Positions 56,167 through 64,000 of a stretch of 64,000 nt of DNA are shown here, one piece after another (position 1 is the stretch's first letter; every line of letters starts with the position of its first letter). The notes beneath the pieces were generated by a model. That model was not told the DNA's origin and made no database searches. It saw only the letters and a program-made list of their open reading frames with translations. Source of the DNA: Candidatus Binatia bacterium (GTDB taxonomy: Bacteria; Desulfobacterota; Binatia; UBA9968; JAJDTQ01); the NCBI GenBank assembly GCA_963666515.2, contig OY762897.2:1376001-1440000 (forward strand). The letters are read 5' to 3'. Both the position numbers and the translations under genes were made by a program.

Positions 56167-57060
56167 ATGGCTGCGAGTACCACTGATACACCTCTGGTCA
56201 GGCCGGATTCGAGCATCGTGAACGCCGTCAAGGCGGTCGCCCTCCTGCGGGAGAGCCCCGTAGGCATGGTGGGCGCGTTGATCGTCGTCTTCTTCGTCCT
56301 GCTGGCGATCTTCGCGCCGCTGGTGGCGCCCTTCGACCCCAACGCGACGATCCTGCCCTTCGCCTTCCCGGGCACCGCGGCCCCGGACGGCGGCGTGTTC
56401 CTGTTCGGCACCGACCATCTCGGACGCGACATCCTTTCGCGCATCATCTGGGGCGGACAGCGGGTGCTGTTCTACGCCACGGTGGCGACCATTTCCGCCT
56501 ATATCGTCGGGATCATCATGGGCCTGGCCGCGGGTTACTTCCGCGGCTACCTGGACGAGATCATCTCGTTCTTCGCCAACGTGATCCTCTCGTTCCCGAT
56601 CATGGTCCTGTACGTGCTGATCATCGCCAAGGTCGGCGCCTCGGGGCTCAACATCATCTTCGCGGTGGTGTTCGCGTCCGCGCCGGGCATCATGCGCATC
56701 GTGCGCGGGGTGACCATGGACATCGCCACCCGCGACTACATCGCCGCTTCGCAGACCCGCGGCGAGGGGCCCTGGTACATCATGCTGGTGGAGATCCTGC
56801 CCAACGCCCGCAGCCCGCTGATCGTCGATTTCTGCCTGCGCATGGGCTACACGACCATCACCATCGGCGCGCTGGGGTTCCTGGGGCTCGGACTGCCGCC
56901 GCCGGACCCGGACTGGGGCGGCATGATCACCGAGACCCGCGCCTTCGTGACGGGCGGCTTCCCTCACATGGCGATCCTGCCCGCGTGCGCGGTGTCCCTG
57001 CTGGTGCTGGGCTTCAACCTGCTGGCCGACGGCCTGCGCGAAGTGTCCTTGAAGGACTAG
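56167..57060 (+). CDS. DppC-like ABC permease
   Basis: FGTDHLGRDILSR, ILPN, GFLGLG..PP.PDWG, FNLLADGLR. Confidence 0.92.
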   Translation: MAASTTDTPLVRPDSSIVNAVKAVALLRESPVGMVGALIVVFFVLLAIFAPLVAPFDPNATILPFAFPGTAAPDGGVFLFGTDHLGRDILSRIIWGGQRVLFYATVATISAYIVGIIMGLAAGYFRGYLDEIISFFANVILSFPIMVLYVLIIAKVGASGLNIIFAVVFASAPGIMRIVRGVTMDIATRDYIAASQTRGEGPWYIMLVEILPNARSPLIVDFCLRMGYTTITIGALGFLGLGLPPPDPDWGGMITETRAFVTGGFPHMAILPACAVSLLVLGFNLLADGLREVSLKD

Positions 57061-57067
57061 GAGGAAC

Positions 57068-59209
57068 GTGATGGCTGATCACAACGGACAAGGCAACGGA
57101 AGCGGCGAGGCGCCGGTCCTGGAGATCTCCGGTCTCCGGCTCAGCTACTACACCCGGGCCGGGGAGATCCCCGCGGTCATGGACTTCGACCTCACCATCC
57201 AGAAGGGCGAGTCCGTCGGCCTGGTGGGCGAGTCCGGCTGCGGGAAATCGACGGTGGCCAACGGCATCATGCGCTACATGGGCAAGAACGGCGGCATCGT
57301 CGGCGGCACCATCAAGTTCCAGGGCCGAGACATGGCCGAGCTGACCGAGGAGGAGATCCGGCGTGTCCGGGGCAAGGACATCTCGATGATCTACCAGGAG
57401 CCCATGGCCGCGCTCAATCCGAGCATGACCATCGCCGCGCAGCTCATGGAAGTGCCGATGATCCACGAGGGCGTGAGCGAGGAGGAGGCCTTCCAGCGCT
57501 CCTTCGACATGCTGGCGGCCGTGAACATCCCGGACCCGAAACGGCTCATGGACTCCTACCCGCACCAGGTCTCCGGCGGCCAGCAGCAGCGGGTGGTCAT
57601 CGCCATGGCGCTGCTGTCGCGTCCGGCGCTGCTGTTGCTGGACGAGCCCACCACGGCCCTGGACGTCACGGTGGAAGCCGGGATCGTGGAGCTGATCGCC
57701 GAGTTGAGCAAGGAATCCGGCGCGTCATTGCTCTACATCTCCCACAACCTTGGCCTGATGCTGGAGGTCTGTGACCGCATCTGCGTCATGTACTCCGGCG
57801 AGGTGGTGGAGGAAGGCCACATCGATTCGATCTTCTCCTGGCCCAAGCACCCCTACACCCACGGGCTGTTCGGCTGCATCCCGCTGCCGCACGCCGACAA
57901 GAACGCGCGTCCGCTGACCGCCATCAAGGGGCAGCTCCCGTTGCCGCACCAACGGCCCAAGGGCTGCTATTTCGGACCCCGCTGCGAGTTCTTCGAGCCC
58001 GGACGCTGCGACGACGACCACATTCCCATGGAGGGCGTGCACACCGACGACGATCCCGCGCACCGGGTGCGCTGCCTGCGGTGGGACGAGATCGACCACG
58101 ACAAGGCCATCCAGCCCGACACGACCCGGGAGCCCATCGAGGTGGGCGAGACGGTCCTCGAAGTCGACAACATGCGCAAGTACTACGACGTCAAGGAGAG
58201 CACCCTGGCGGCGCTCATCTCCCAGGAATCCGTGCGTCAGGTGAAGGCCAACGAAAGCATCAGCTTCGACGCGGGAGAAGGGGAGACCGTGGCCATTGTC
58301 GGCGAGTCGGGCTGCGGCAAGTCCACCTTCGCCAAGGTGCTGATGGGCCTCGAGACCGCCACCGACGGCGAGGTGCGCCTGGACGGAACCGACCTGGGCA
58401 GCATCGAGGTCAAGAAACGCACGCCGGAGCAGCTTGCGTCCTTGCAGATGGTGTTCCAGAACCCCAACGACACGCTCAACCCGTCGCACTCCGTCGGCTA
58501 CCAGATCGGCCGGGTCATCAAGCGCTTCGGCATCGAGTCCGATCCGGCGAAGATACAGGAACGGGTGCACAAGTTGCTGGATACGGTGAAGCTGCCGCGG
58601 GCCTTCGCGCACCGCAAGCCGCGCCAGCTCTCCGGCGGCCAGAAGCAGCGGGTGGGCATCGCCCGCGCCTTTGCCGGCAACCCCAAGACCGTCATCGCCG
58701 ACGAGCCCATTTCCGCGCTGGACGTGTCCGTGGCCGCGGCCGTGACCGAGTTGCTGATGGACATCCAGCGCGAGCATCGCACCACGCTCCTGTTCATCAG
58801 CCACGACCTGTCCGCGGTTCGATATCTTTCCGACCGCGTGGTGGTGATGTACCTGGGGCAGATCATGGAGCGGGGGACCACCGAAGAAGTCTTCGCGCCG
58901 CCGTACCATCCGTACACCGAGGCGCTGCTGTCGGCGGTGCCCATCGCCGACCCGGAGGTGGAGAAGCGTCGCATCGTGCTGGAAGGGAACCTGCCGAGCC
59001 CCCTGGACCCGCCCAAGGGATGCCCGTTCTCCACCCGCTGCCAGCGAAAGGTCGGCAGCATCTGCGACGACGAGCCGCCCCCGGTGCAACTCGACGGCGA
59101 GGGCCATTCCATCGCCTGCCACATCCCGCTGGAGGAACTGCGCGAGGTGGAGCCGGTGATCACCATCCCGGACCGGGACCTGGAGACGCCGGCGCCGACG
59201 CAGGCGTGA
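57068..59209 (+). CDS. DppD/DppF fused ABC ATP-binding protein
   Basis: two GESGCGKS Walker A motifs, two SGGQ signatures, two HPYT + Cys-rich C-terminal domains. Confidence 0.92.
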   Translation: MMADHNGQGNGSGEAPVLEISGLRLSYYTRAGEIPAVMDFDLTIQKGESVGLVGESGCGKSTVANGIMRYMGKNGGIVGGTIKFQGRDMAELTEEEIRRVRGKDISMIYQEPMAALNPSMTIAAQLMEVPMIHEGVSEEEAFQRSFDMLAAVNIPDPKRLMDSYPHQVSGGQQQRVVIAMALLSRPALLLLDEPTTALDVTVEAGIVELIAELSKESGASLLYISHNLGLMLEVCDRICVMYSGEVVEEGHIDSIFSWPKHPYTHGLFGCIPLPHADKNARPLTAIKGQLPLPHQRPKGCYFGPRCEFFEPGRCDDDHIPMEGVHTDDDPAHRVRCLRWDEIDHDKAIQPDTTREPIEVGETVLEVDNMRKYYDVKESTLAALISQESVRQVKANESISFDAGEGETVAIVGESGCGKSTFAKVLMGLETATDGEVRLDGTDLGSIEVKKRTPEQLASLQMVFQNPNDTLNPSHSVGYQIGRVIKRFGIESDPAKIQERVHKLLDTVKLPRAFAHRKPRQLSGGQKQRVGIARAFAGNPKTVIADEPISALDVSVAAAVTELLMDIQREHRTTLLFISHDLSAVRYLSDRVVVMYLGQIMERGTTEEVFAPPYHPYTEALLSAVPIADPEVEKRRIVLEGNLPSPLDPPKGCPFSTRCQRKVGSICDDEPPPVQLDGEGHSIACHIPLEELREVEPVITIPDRDLETPAPTQA

Positions 59210-59369
59210 GGGAGGGTAGTCCGGGCCGGGCTTGAACTTCCCCGCGCGCGGTCGTTGGGGTCTGCACAAATCGCTCTGTGTGTGCCTTTTTCGTCGCATG
59301 GCCGAGTGACGGAATGACGTATGCCTTCTCCAGGGAAGAGGGACTCTGGAGGTCCGACCACACCAAATC

Positions 59370-61265
59370 ATGATCCGGGCAGACGAATTCAAGATATGGC
59401 TTGAGGAACGTGGCGCGAAGTCCTCTGGCGCACGGAGTTCACGTACTTCCGCACTTGGAAGGATCGAAAAGAAATTGGAAGAGCTTGGAATGCCCTTCCC
59501 GGATCTGGATACAGCCTGGAAAGAAGATCGTTTCGAGTCACTAATTGAACGCCTGCAGCGGATGCGGGAGGATGCAGGCCATGGCGGACAGGACTATCGG
59601 ATACTTATGCCGCAGTCCAAGGACCCCCTCAACCGGCTGTCAACCTGGAACGGCTACTTGAAGCGATATGGCCAGTTCCTCGAAGGTGAGTCACCAGGAC
59701 CAACCCAACAGCTTGAGCCAAAGGCCATGCCGATTGAGCCCATGAACCTCATCCTCCACGGACCGCCCGGCACCGGCAAGACGTTTCTCACAGCCGCGGA
59801 AGCCGTGAGCTTGTGCGGAGAACAAGTACCTGGGGATCGCGATGCACTGATGGAGACCTATCGCCACCTTGTCGCGATGGGACGCATCGAGTTCGTCACC
59901 TTCCACCAGTCGATGTCCTACGAGGATTTCGTGGAAGGCCGTCAGCCGATGACCGAGTCGGACGAAGACGGCGATACTTCTTCCGCTGGCTTCCGGTTGG
60001 AGACCGTTCCCGGCATCTTCCGTCGCATCGCGAAACCTGCCGAGACGAGCCGGGGCCGGTCGCCCGGAGACGAACAGATCGCCATCGTAGACCGGCAGGT
60101 ATTCAAGATGTCGATCGGCGTAGCGAACGACCCCGAAGACGCACATCTTTTCGAAGAAGCCATCGACGGCGGCTACGCGCTGCTCGGTTGGGGAGACATC
60201 GATTGGAGCGATGACAGGTACGCCGAACGGGAGGCTATCATCAAGGCTTGGGAGACAAAGGGCCGCAACGACCTCAACGCTCGGTCTGGGGAGGTCCAGA
60301 TGCCCTTTATCTTCCGCAACTGGGTGCGCAAGGGCGACCTCGTGATCGTGTCGAAGGGCAATTCACTGTTCAGGGCGATCGGTGAATTCACCAGTGATTA
60401 CGAATACCATCCCCGGGCAGAGGGTGGCTATGCCCATCGACGTGCCGTACGCTGGCACTGGATAGATCGCCAGGGCGTGCCCGTCAGCGAGATTTACAAG
60501 CGATACTTCTCGAGGAAGGCAATCCACATGCTTTACGAAACGGAGCTTAACATTCCTGCGCTGGAGCGTTACCTGCACAGCCAGCACGCGGAAGACCCGG
60601 CCGAGCCGGAACACTTCGTTTTGATCATCGACGAAATCAATCGCGCCAACATCTCGAAAGTCTTCGGAGAGCTGATCACGCTCCTCGAACCGGACAAGCG
60701 CCTTGGCCAGCCGAATGCGCTGAAGGTCCGCCTACCATACTCCGGCGATGAATTCGGGGTACCTTCGAACCTGCACATCCTGGGTACGATGAACACCGCG
60801 GACCGGTCGATCGCGCTGCTGGATACGGCCCTGCGCCGCCGTTTCACCTTCCGCGAAATGATGCCCGAACCATCCCTACTCGACGAGGCAGCCGAAAAAT
60901 CCGGGCTCGACCTGCCGCGAATCCTCGACTCTCTCAATGAACGGATCGAGTACTTCTATGACCGCGAACACCAGATAGGGCATGCCTATTTCATTGGTTG
61001 TGCATCAAAGGAGGAAGTGGACGCTGTCATGCGGCACAAGGTGATCCCGCTGCTGGCCGAATACTTCTTCGAGGATTGGGGGAAGATCGCGGCTGTGCTC
61101 GGCGATGCAGCCTCGCATGATGGGGTGATCATCGGCAGGTTCCTCAAGCGGTCGGTGCTCAAGGCGCCGCCTGGGCTCGAGGAGGGCGATGACCTGCCCC
61201 GTTTCCGTTGGGAGGTCCGCTCCGAAGAGGAAGGCTTCGATTACACGCGATTGACCGAAGGATGA
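59370..61265 (+). CDS. mcrB: McrB family AAA+ GTPase (type IV restriction)
   Basis: GPPGTGKT, VTFHQS.SYEDFVEG, IIDEINRAN, MNTADRS, ALRRRF. Confidence 0.9.
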   Translation: MIRADEFKIWLEERGAKSSGARSSRTSALGRIEKKLEELGMPFPDLDTAWKEDRFESLIERLQRMREDAGHGGQDYRILMPQSKDPLNRLSTWNGYLKRYGQFLEGESPGPTQQLEPKAMPIEPMNLILHGPPGTGKTFLTAAEAVSLCGEQVPGDRDALMETYRHLVAMGRIEFVTFHQSMSYEDFVEGRQPMTESDEDGDTSSAGFRLETVPGIFRRIAKPAETSRGRSPGDEQIAIVDRQVFKMSIGVANDPEDAHLFEEAIDGGYALLGWGDIDWSDDRYAEREAIIKAWETKGRNDLNARSGEVQMPFIFRNWVRKGDLVIVSKGNSLFRAIGEFTSDYEYHPRAEGGYAHRRAVRWHWIDRQGVPVSEIYKRYFSRKAIHMLYETELNIPALERYLHSQHAEDPAEPEHFVLIIDEINRANISKVFGELITLLEPDKRLGQPNALKVRLPYSGDEFGVPSNLHILGTMNTADRSIALLDTALRRRFTFREMMPEPSLLDEAAEKSGLDLPRILDSLNERIEYFYDREHQIGHAYFIGCASKEEVDAVMRHKVIPLLAEYFFEDWGKIAAVLGDAASHDGVIIGRFLKRSVLKAPPGLEEGDDLPRFRWEVRSEEEGFDYTRLTEG

Positions 61266-62569
61266 TCCGTCGTACCATCCGCGAATGGGAGCGTATCGGC
61301 TACGGCACGGACGACACTGAGATCCCGGCGTCGCATGCAGATCAAATCGCCGCAGAGGCACGGGCATCGACCTCCTCCGGGCGCGGCGGCGAAGGGGTGT
61401 TGGAACACGGTCGCAAAGGACTACGCGCCCGTGGCGTGGTGGGAGTGATCGCTACGCACGCCTGCCAGCTTGAAATTTTGCCGAAGATTGAGGGTGTGGG
61501 CGAAAGCGACGTGGACCCCGCCACGCTACGCCACCGGCTGATCCACATGCTGGCCGTGGCGCGGGACATCCGGATCGATTTTGGGGCGATTACGCAACTG
61601 GGCTGGCAGCGCGACACGATCCTGGAACTATTGATCCGGCTCTTCTGCGGCAAGCTCGCCGACGCCGTGCGCCACGGCATACCGCAGCAGTACAACGACC
61701 AGGAAGATGACCTCCCCATGCTGCGCGGGCGTCTGAATGTGACGCGGCAATTCTCGACCCTTGCGGTTTCGCCGCAGATGCTGGCGTGCCGGTTCGACGC
61801 GCGCTCGCCCGACATTGCACTCAATCAGGTCATGCGGGCGGCCATCGGCAAATTGTCCCGTCTCGCACGGGCTCCAGACAATCAACGCGCTCTGCGCGAG
61901 TTGAACTTCGTATACGCGGACATCTCGGAGGTCCCCGCGGCAGCCTTGCGTTGGGACCTTATCGTACTCGACCGGACGAACACACGATGGCGAGAGCTTT
62001 TGTCGCTGGCGCGCCTATTTCTGCGTGATCACCACCAGCGGACAAGCGCCGGCCCTATTGACGGCTACGCGCTGCTGTTTGAGATGAACATTCTCTTTGA
62101 GGAATACGTGGGGCGACTGCTCGCCCGCGCGCTCGCGGGCACCGACTTTAGAGTTGTAGCGCAAGGCGGTCACCTCGACTGCCTTTTCGAGGGAGAGACC
62201 GGACGGTTCCGTACACGTCCCGACCTGATCGTCCGGCGAGGCGGCCAGATCGCTCTCATCATCGACACGAAGTGGAAACGCATCACGCGGGCCGACGATC
62301 CCAAACGGGGCGTGAGCCAAGCCGATGTCTACCAGATGATGGCCTACGGCAGGCTATACGACTGCCCACGTGTCATGCTTCTCTATCCGCATCACGGCGA
62401 TTTGCCGCCTGATACAATCCATCAGCGGTATTCCATTGGAGTGCCTGACGCACAGGAGAGCCTATTCGTGGCAACCCTCGACGTCACTGGACCGCACAGG
62501 AGCCACGAAATCGCCCTGAAACACCTGACATGCGCCGTTACCCGAACAGCTTTCGATGAGACGACATAG
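61262..62569 (+). CDS. mcrB-associated mcrC: McrC family PD-(D/E)XK nuclease
   Basis: LEILPKI, LRGRL, FEMN.LFE.YV, RPDL...IIDTKWK, ADVYQMMAY; ATGA overlap with mcrB. Confidence 0.9.
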   Translation: MIRRTIREWERIGYGTDDTEIPASHADQIAAEARASTSSGRGGEGVLEHGRKGLRARGVVGVIATHACQLEILPKIEGVGESDVDPATLRHRLIHMLAVARDIRIDFGAITQLGWQRDTILELLIRLFCGKLADAVRHGIPQQYNDQEDDLPMLRGRLNVTRQFSTLAVSPQMLACRFDARSPDIALNQVMRAAIGKLSRLARAPDNQRALRELNFVYADISEVPAAALRWDLIVLDRTNTRWRELLSLARLFLRDHHQRTSAGPIDGYALLFEMNILFEEYVGRLLARALAGTDFRVVAQGGHLDCLFEGETGRFRTRPDLIVRRGGQIALIIDTKWKRITRADDPKRGVSQADVYQMMAYGRLYDCPRVMLLYPHHGDLPPDTIHQRYSIGVPDAQESLFVATLDVTGPHRSHEIALKHLTCAVTRTAFDETT

Positions 62570-62611
62570 CGCTTCGAGACGCGCTGGTGGGGTACGGAAC
62601 CCAGAACCGGA

Positions 62612-62800
62612 TCATGCCGGTTCGCCGCGCTGTTGCGCTGCCGCGGCCAAGCGCTCCTTGAGAGCGCGAAATTGGGGTTCGTCGAGCCCCGTTGCCGACT
62701 TGATCAGATCCCAGCCCACGCCGACTCGCAAAAGGCCTTCCACGGCCTCTACCTTGCCGCGCTGTACGCCTTCCGCCAAAAGTTCGTGAGCATATGCCAT
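62612..62800 (-). CDS. putative in-frame internal small protein (RpnS-like antitoxin), 62 aa
   Basis: AAGGAGGAG-aaccc-ATG inside rpn, in frame (MAYAHELLAEG...). Confidence 0.6.
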   Translation of the reverse strand: MAYAHELLAEGVQRGKVEAVEGLLRVGVGWDLIKSATGLDEPQFRALKERLAAAAQQRGEPA

Positions 62801-63544
62801 GGGTTCTCCTCCTTGGCCGGGTGCATGGCGTCGTACCGCTTCGCCGAATGCCTGCGCTGCCGCCCGGTCCTGCGTCGCTAATACATAGAGCGTGATTATC
62901 CGAATATAGTCCACCGTGCCGCCGGAAACCAGCGACGCCGCCAGCTTGGCGGCCGTCTCCAGCGCTGTGCCCGGGTGCCGGTCAAAGGCCGCCATCATCA
63001 GTAACTGGGCAATGCGGCCCATGGCGGTACCTGTGACATCGCTGGGGTACATTTCCGTCTGGTCCAGCAGCACGTGCTCGAAACGAGGCACCCAGGGGCA
63101 AATACGGAACGCTTCCGGGAACAGGTCCGCGAACTCCGTTGAGTGGCTCCAGCCGCGCGATCCCTGATAGAACACCAGCGGCACGACCGGCCGCAACTCC
63201 GTCCGCCTCGGATCATCGCGCAGGTCTGCATCCCAGATGCGGCAACAGTACTTCAGAAGCCGGAACGGCATCCATATATCCGGTGTCGATTGATGCTCGA
63301 GGAGCATGTAAAGCTGTATGCGCTCCTTCCCCTTCCCGTAGCTGGCATCGAACAACAGGTCGGACTCGCTATGGCGCAACGCGTCGTCCACGAAGGTTCC
63401 CTCCGCAAGTCGCAGACTGTTCCAATCGACGTTCTCGCGGAGATCCTGCGGCACGGCCGCCTGGAGCAGGCTGGCGGCTTCTGTGGCGTTGGAGTAGACC
63501 GCGCGAAACAGCCGGTCATGGGGGTGATCGATTTCTTCTGCCAT
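62612..63544 (-). CDS. Rpn family recombination-promoting nuclease/putative transposase (YhgA-like)
   Basis: PHDRLFR, TFVD..L....SDLLF, LLEHQS.PD..M.FRLL.Y, PVVPLVFYQG. Confidence 0.9.
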   Translation of the reverse strand: MAEEIDHPHDRLFRAVYSNATEAASLLQAAVPQDLRENVDWNSLRLAEGTFVDDALRHSESDLLFDASYGKGKERIQLYMLLEHQSTPDIWMPFRLLKYCCRIWDADLRDDPRRTELRPVVPLVFYQGSRGWSHSTEFADLFPEAFRICPWVPRFEHVLLDQTEMYPSDVTGTAMGRIAQLLMMAAFDRHPGTALETAAKLAASLVSGGTVDYIRIITLYVLATQDRAAAQAFGEAVRRHAPGQGGEPMAYAHELLAEGVQRGKVEAVEGLLRVGVGWDLIKSATGLDEPQFRALKERLAAAAQQRGEPA

Positions 63545-63818
63545 GAGTGACCCTCCCAGACGTGGACTCCCTGCCCATCAGTTCTGTCTGTCCTATAGAG
63601 AGTGATCGGCACCTCGTGCCGGAACTTAAACCCCAGTCCTGGGCACAGTGGAACAGCCTGCGTAAATTTGCTGGACGGCAATGTCGGAATCACCAACTTT
63701 GACGCTACCCTCGCACCTCTGACGTGCATCCGCTGTCCCACGGCAATTTGCATTCCGGGCCGAAGGTGGTATTTCTCCTGTTGAAAAGACGTGCCGACTA
63801 GCCAAGAGGGAGACGAAC

Positions 63819-64000
63819 ATGGGGAAGATCGACCCTACCGTTAAGGTAATCGACGCGGACGCTCACGCGCGGGACAACGACGACTTGGTCAAGCCGTTCC
63901 TGGGCGAGGCTTTCCAGAACCGGCGTCCGCCGTTCATCCCGCGGGAAACCTACGACCGCAACCTCGGCGGCACCCTGGGCCACGCGGGCATCAAGCACGA
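63819..64000 (+). CDS. amidohydrolase_2 family protein, N-terminal part (runs off window)
   Basis: MGKIDPTVKVIDADAH after a GAGGGAG RBS; not in the ORF track because it has no stop in the window. Confidence 0.7.
   Translation, partial: MGKIDPTVKVIDADAHARDNDDLVKPFLGEAFQNRRPPFIPRETYDRNLGGTLGHAGIKH

Noticed and set aside
62612-63544. Rpn as an IS element
   Set aside because: No terminal inverted repeats or target duplication seen; the family is not shown to transpose
63545-63818. Short ORFs or gene remnant between rpn and the amidohydrolase
   Set aside because: No recognisable motif or RBS; could be a decayed fragment but this cannot be supported

Overview
High-GC bacterial chromosomal window with about 55 genes. 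The gene content (many TctC/TTT, TRAP and ABC transporters, UbiD, Mo-hydroxylases, LLM, Uma2, amidohydrolase) resembles a catabolically versatile, possibly host-associated heterotroph such as Binatia; this taxonomic guess is inference only. It holds housekeeping genes (gloB, rhomboid, arfB, sppA, pcs-like, two GSTs, tRNA-Arg-CCT) and a ~20 kb catabolic cluster (CoA transferase, double-MaoC, two flavoproteins, TctA-TctB fusion, Mo-hydroxylase, UbiD, cyclase, two TctC, and a split Fe-S hydro-lyase around a TauE exporter). Other loci are an unusual two-gene cobalt nitrile-hydratase/thiocyanate-hydrolase-like operon near a cbtB gene, a second UbiD/LLM/ABC locus and a Dpp-type ABC transporter. Three small defence-like islets are present: ABC-ATPase+TOPRIM, Schlafen-AlbA_2+ParA, and McrBC+Rpn with a likely intragenic antitoxin start. 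Three families of REP-like palindromes are scattered in intergenic regions. No CRISPR array, integrase or prophage was seen. Best candidates for new biology: the rearranged SCNase-like enzyme, the TauE-linked divergent Fe-S hydro-lyase and the defence islets. All calls come from motif recognition by eye, without database searches.
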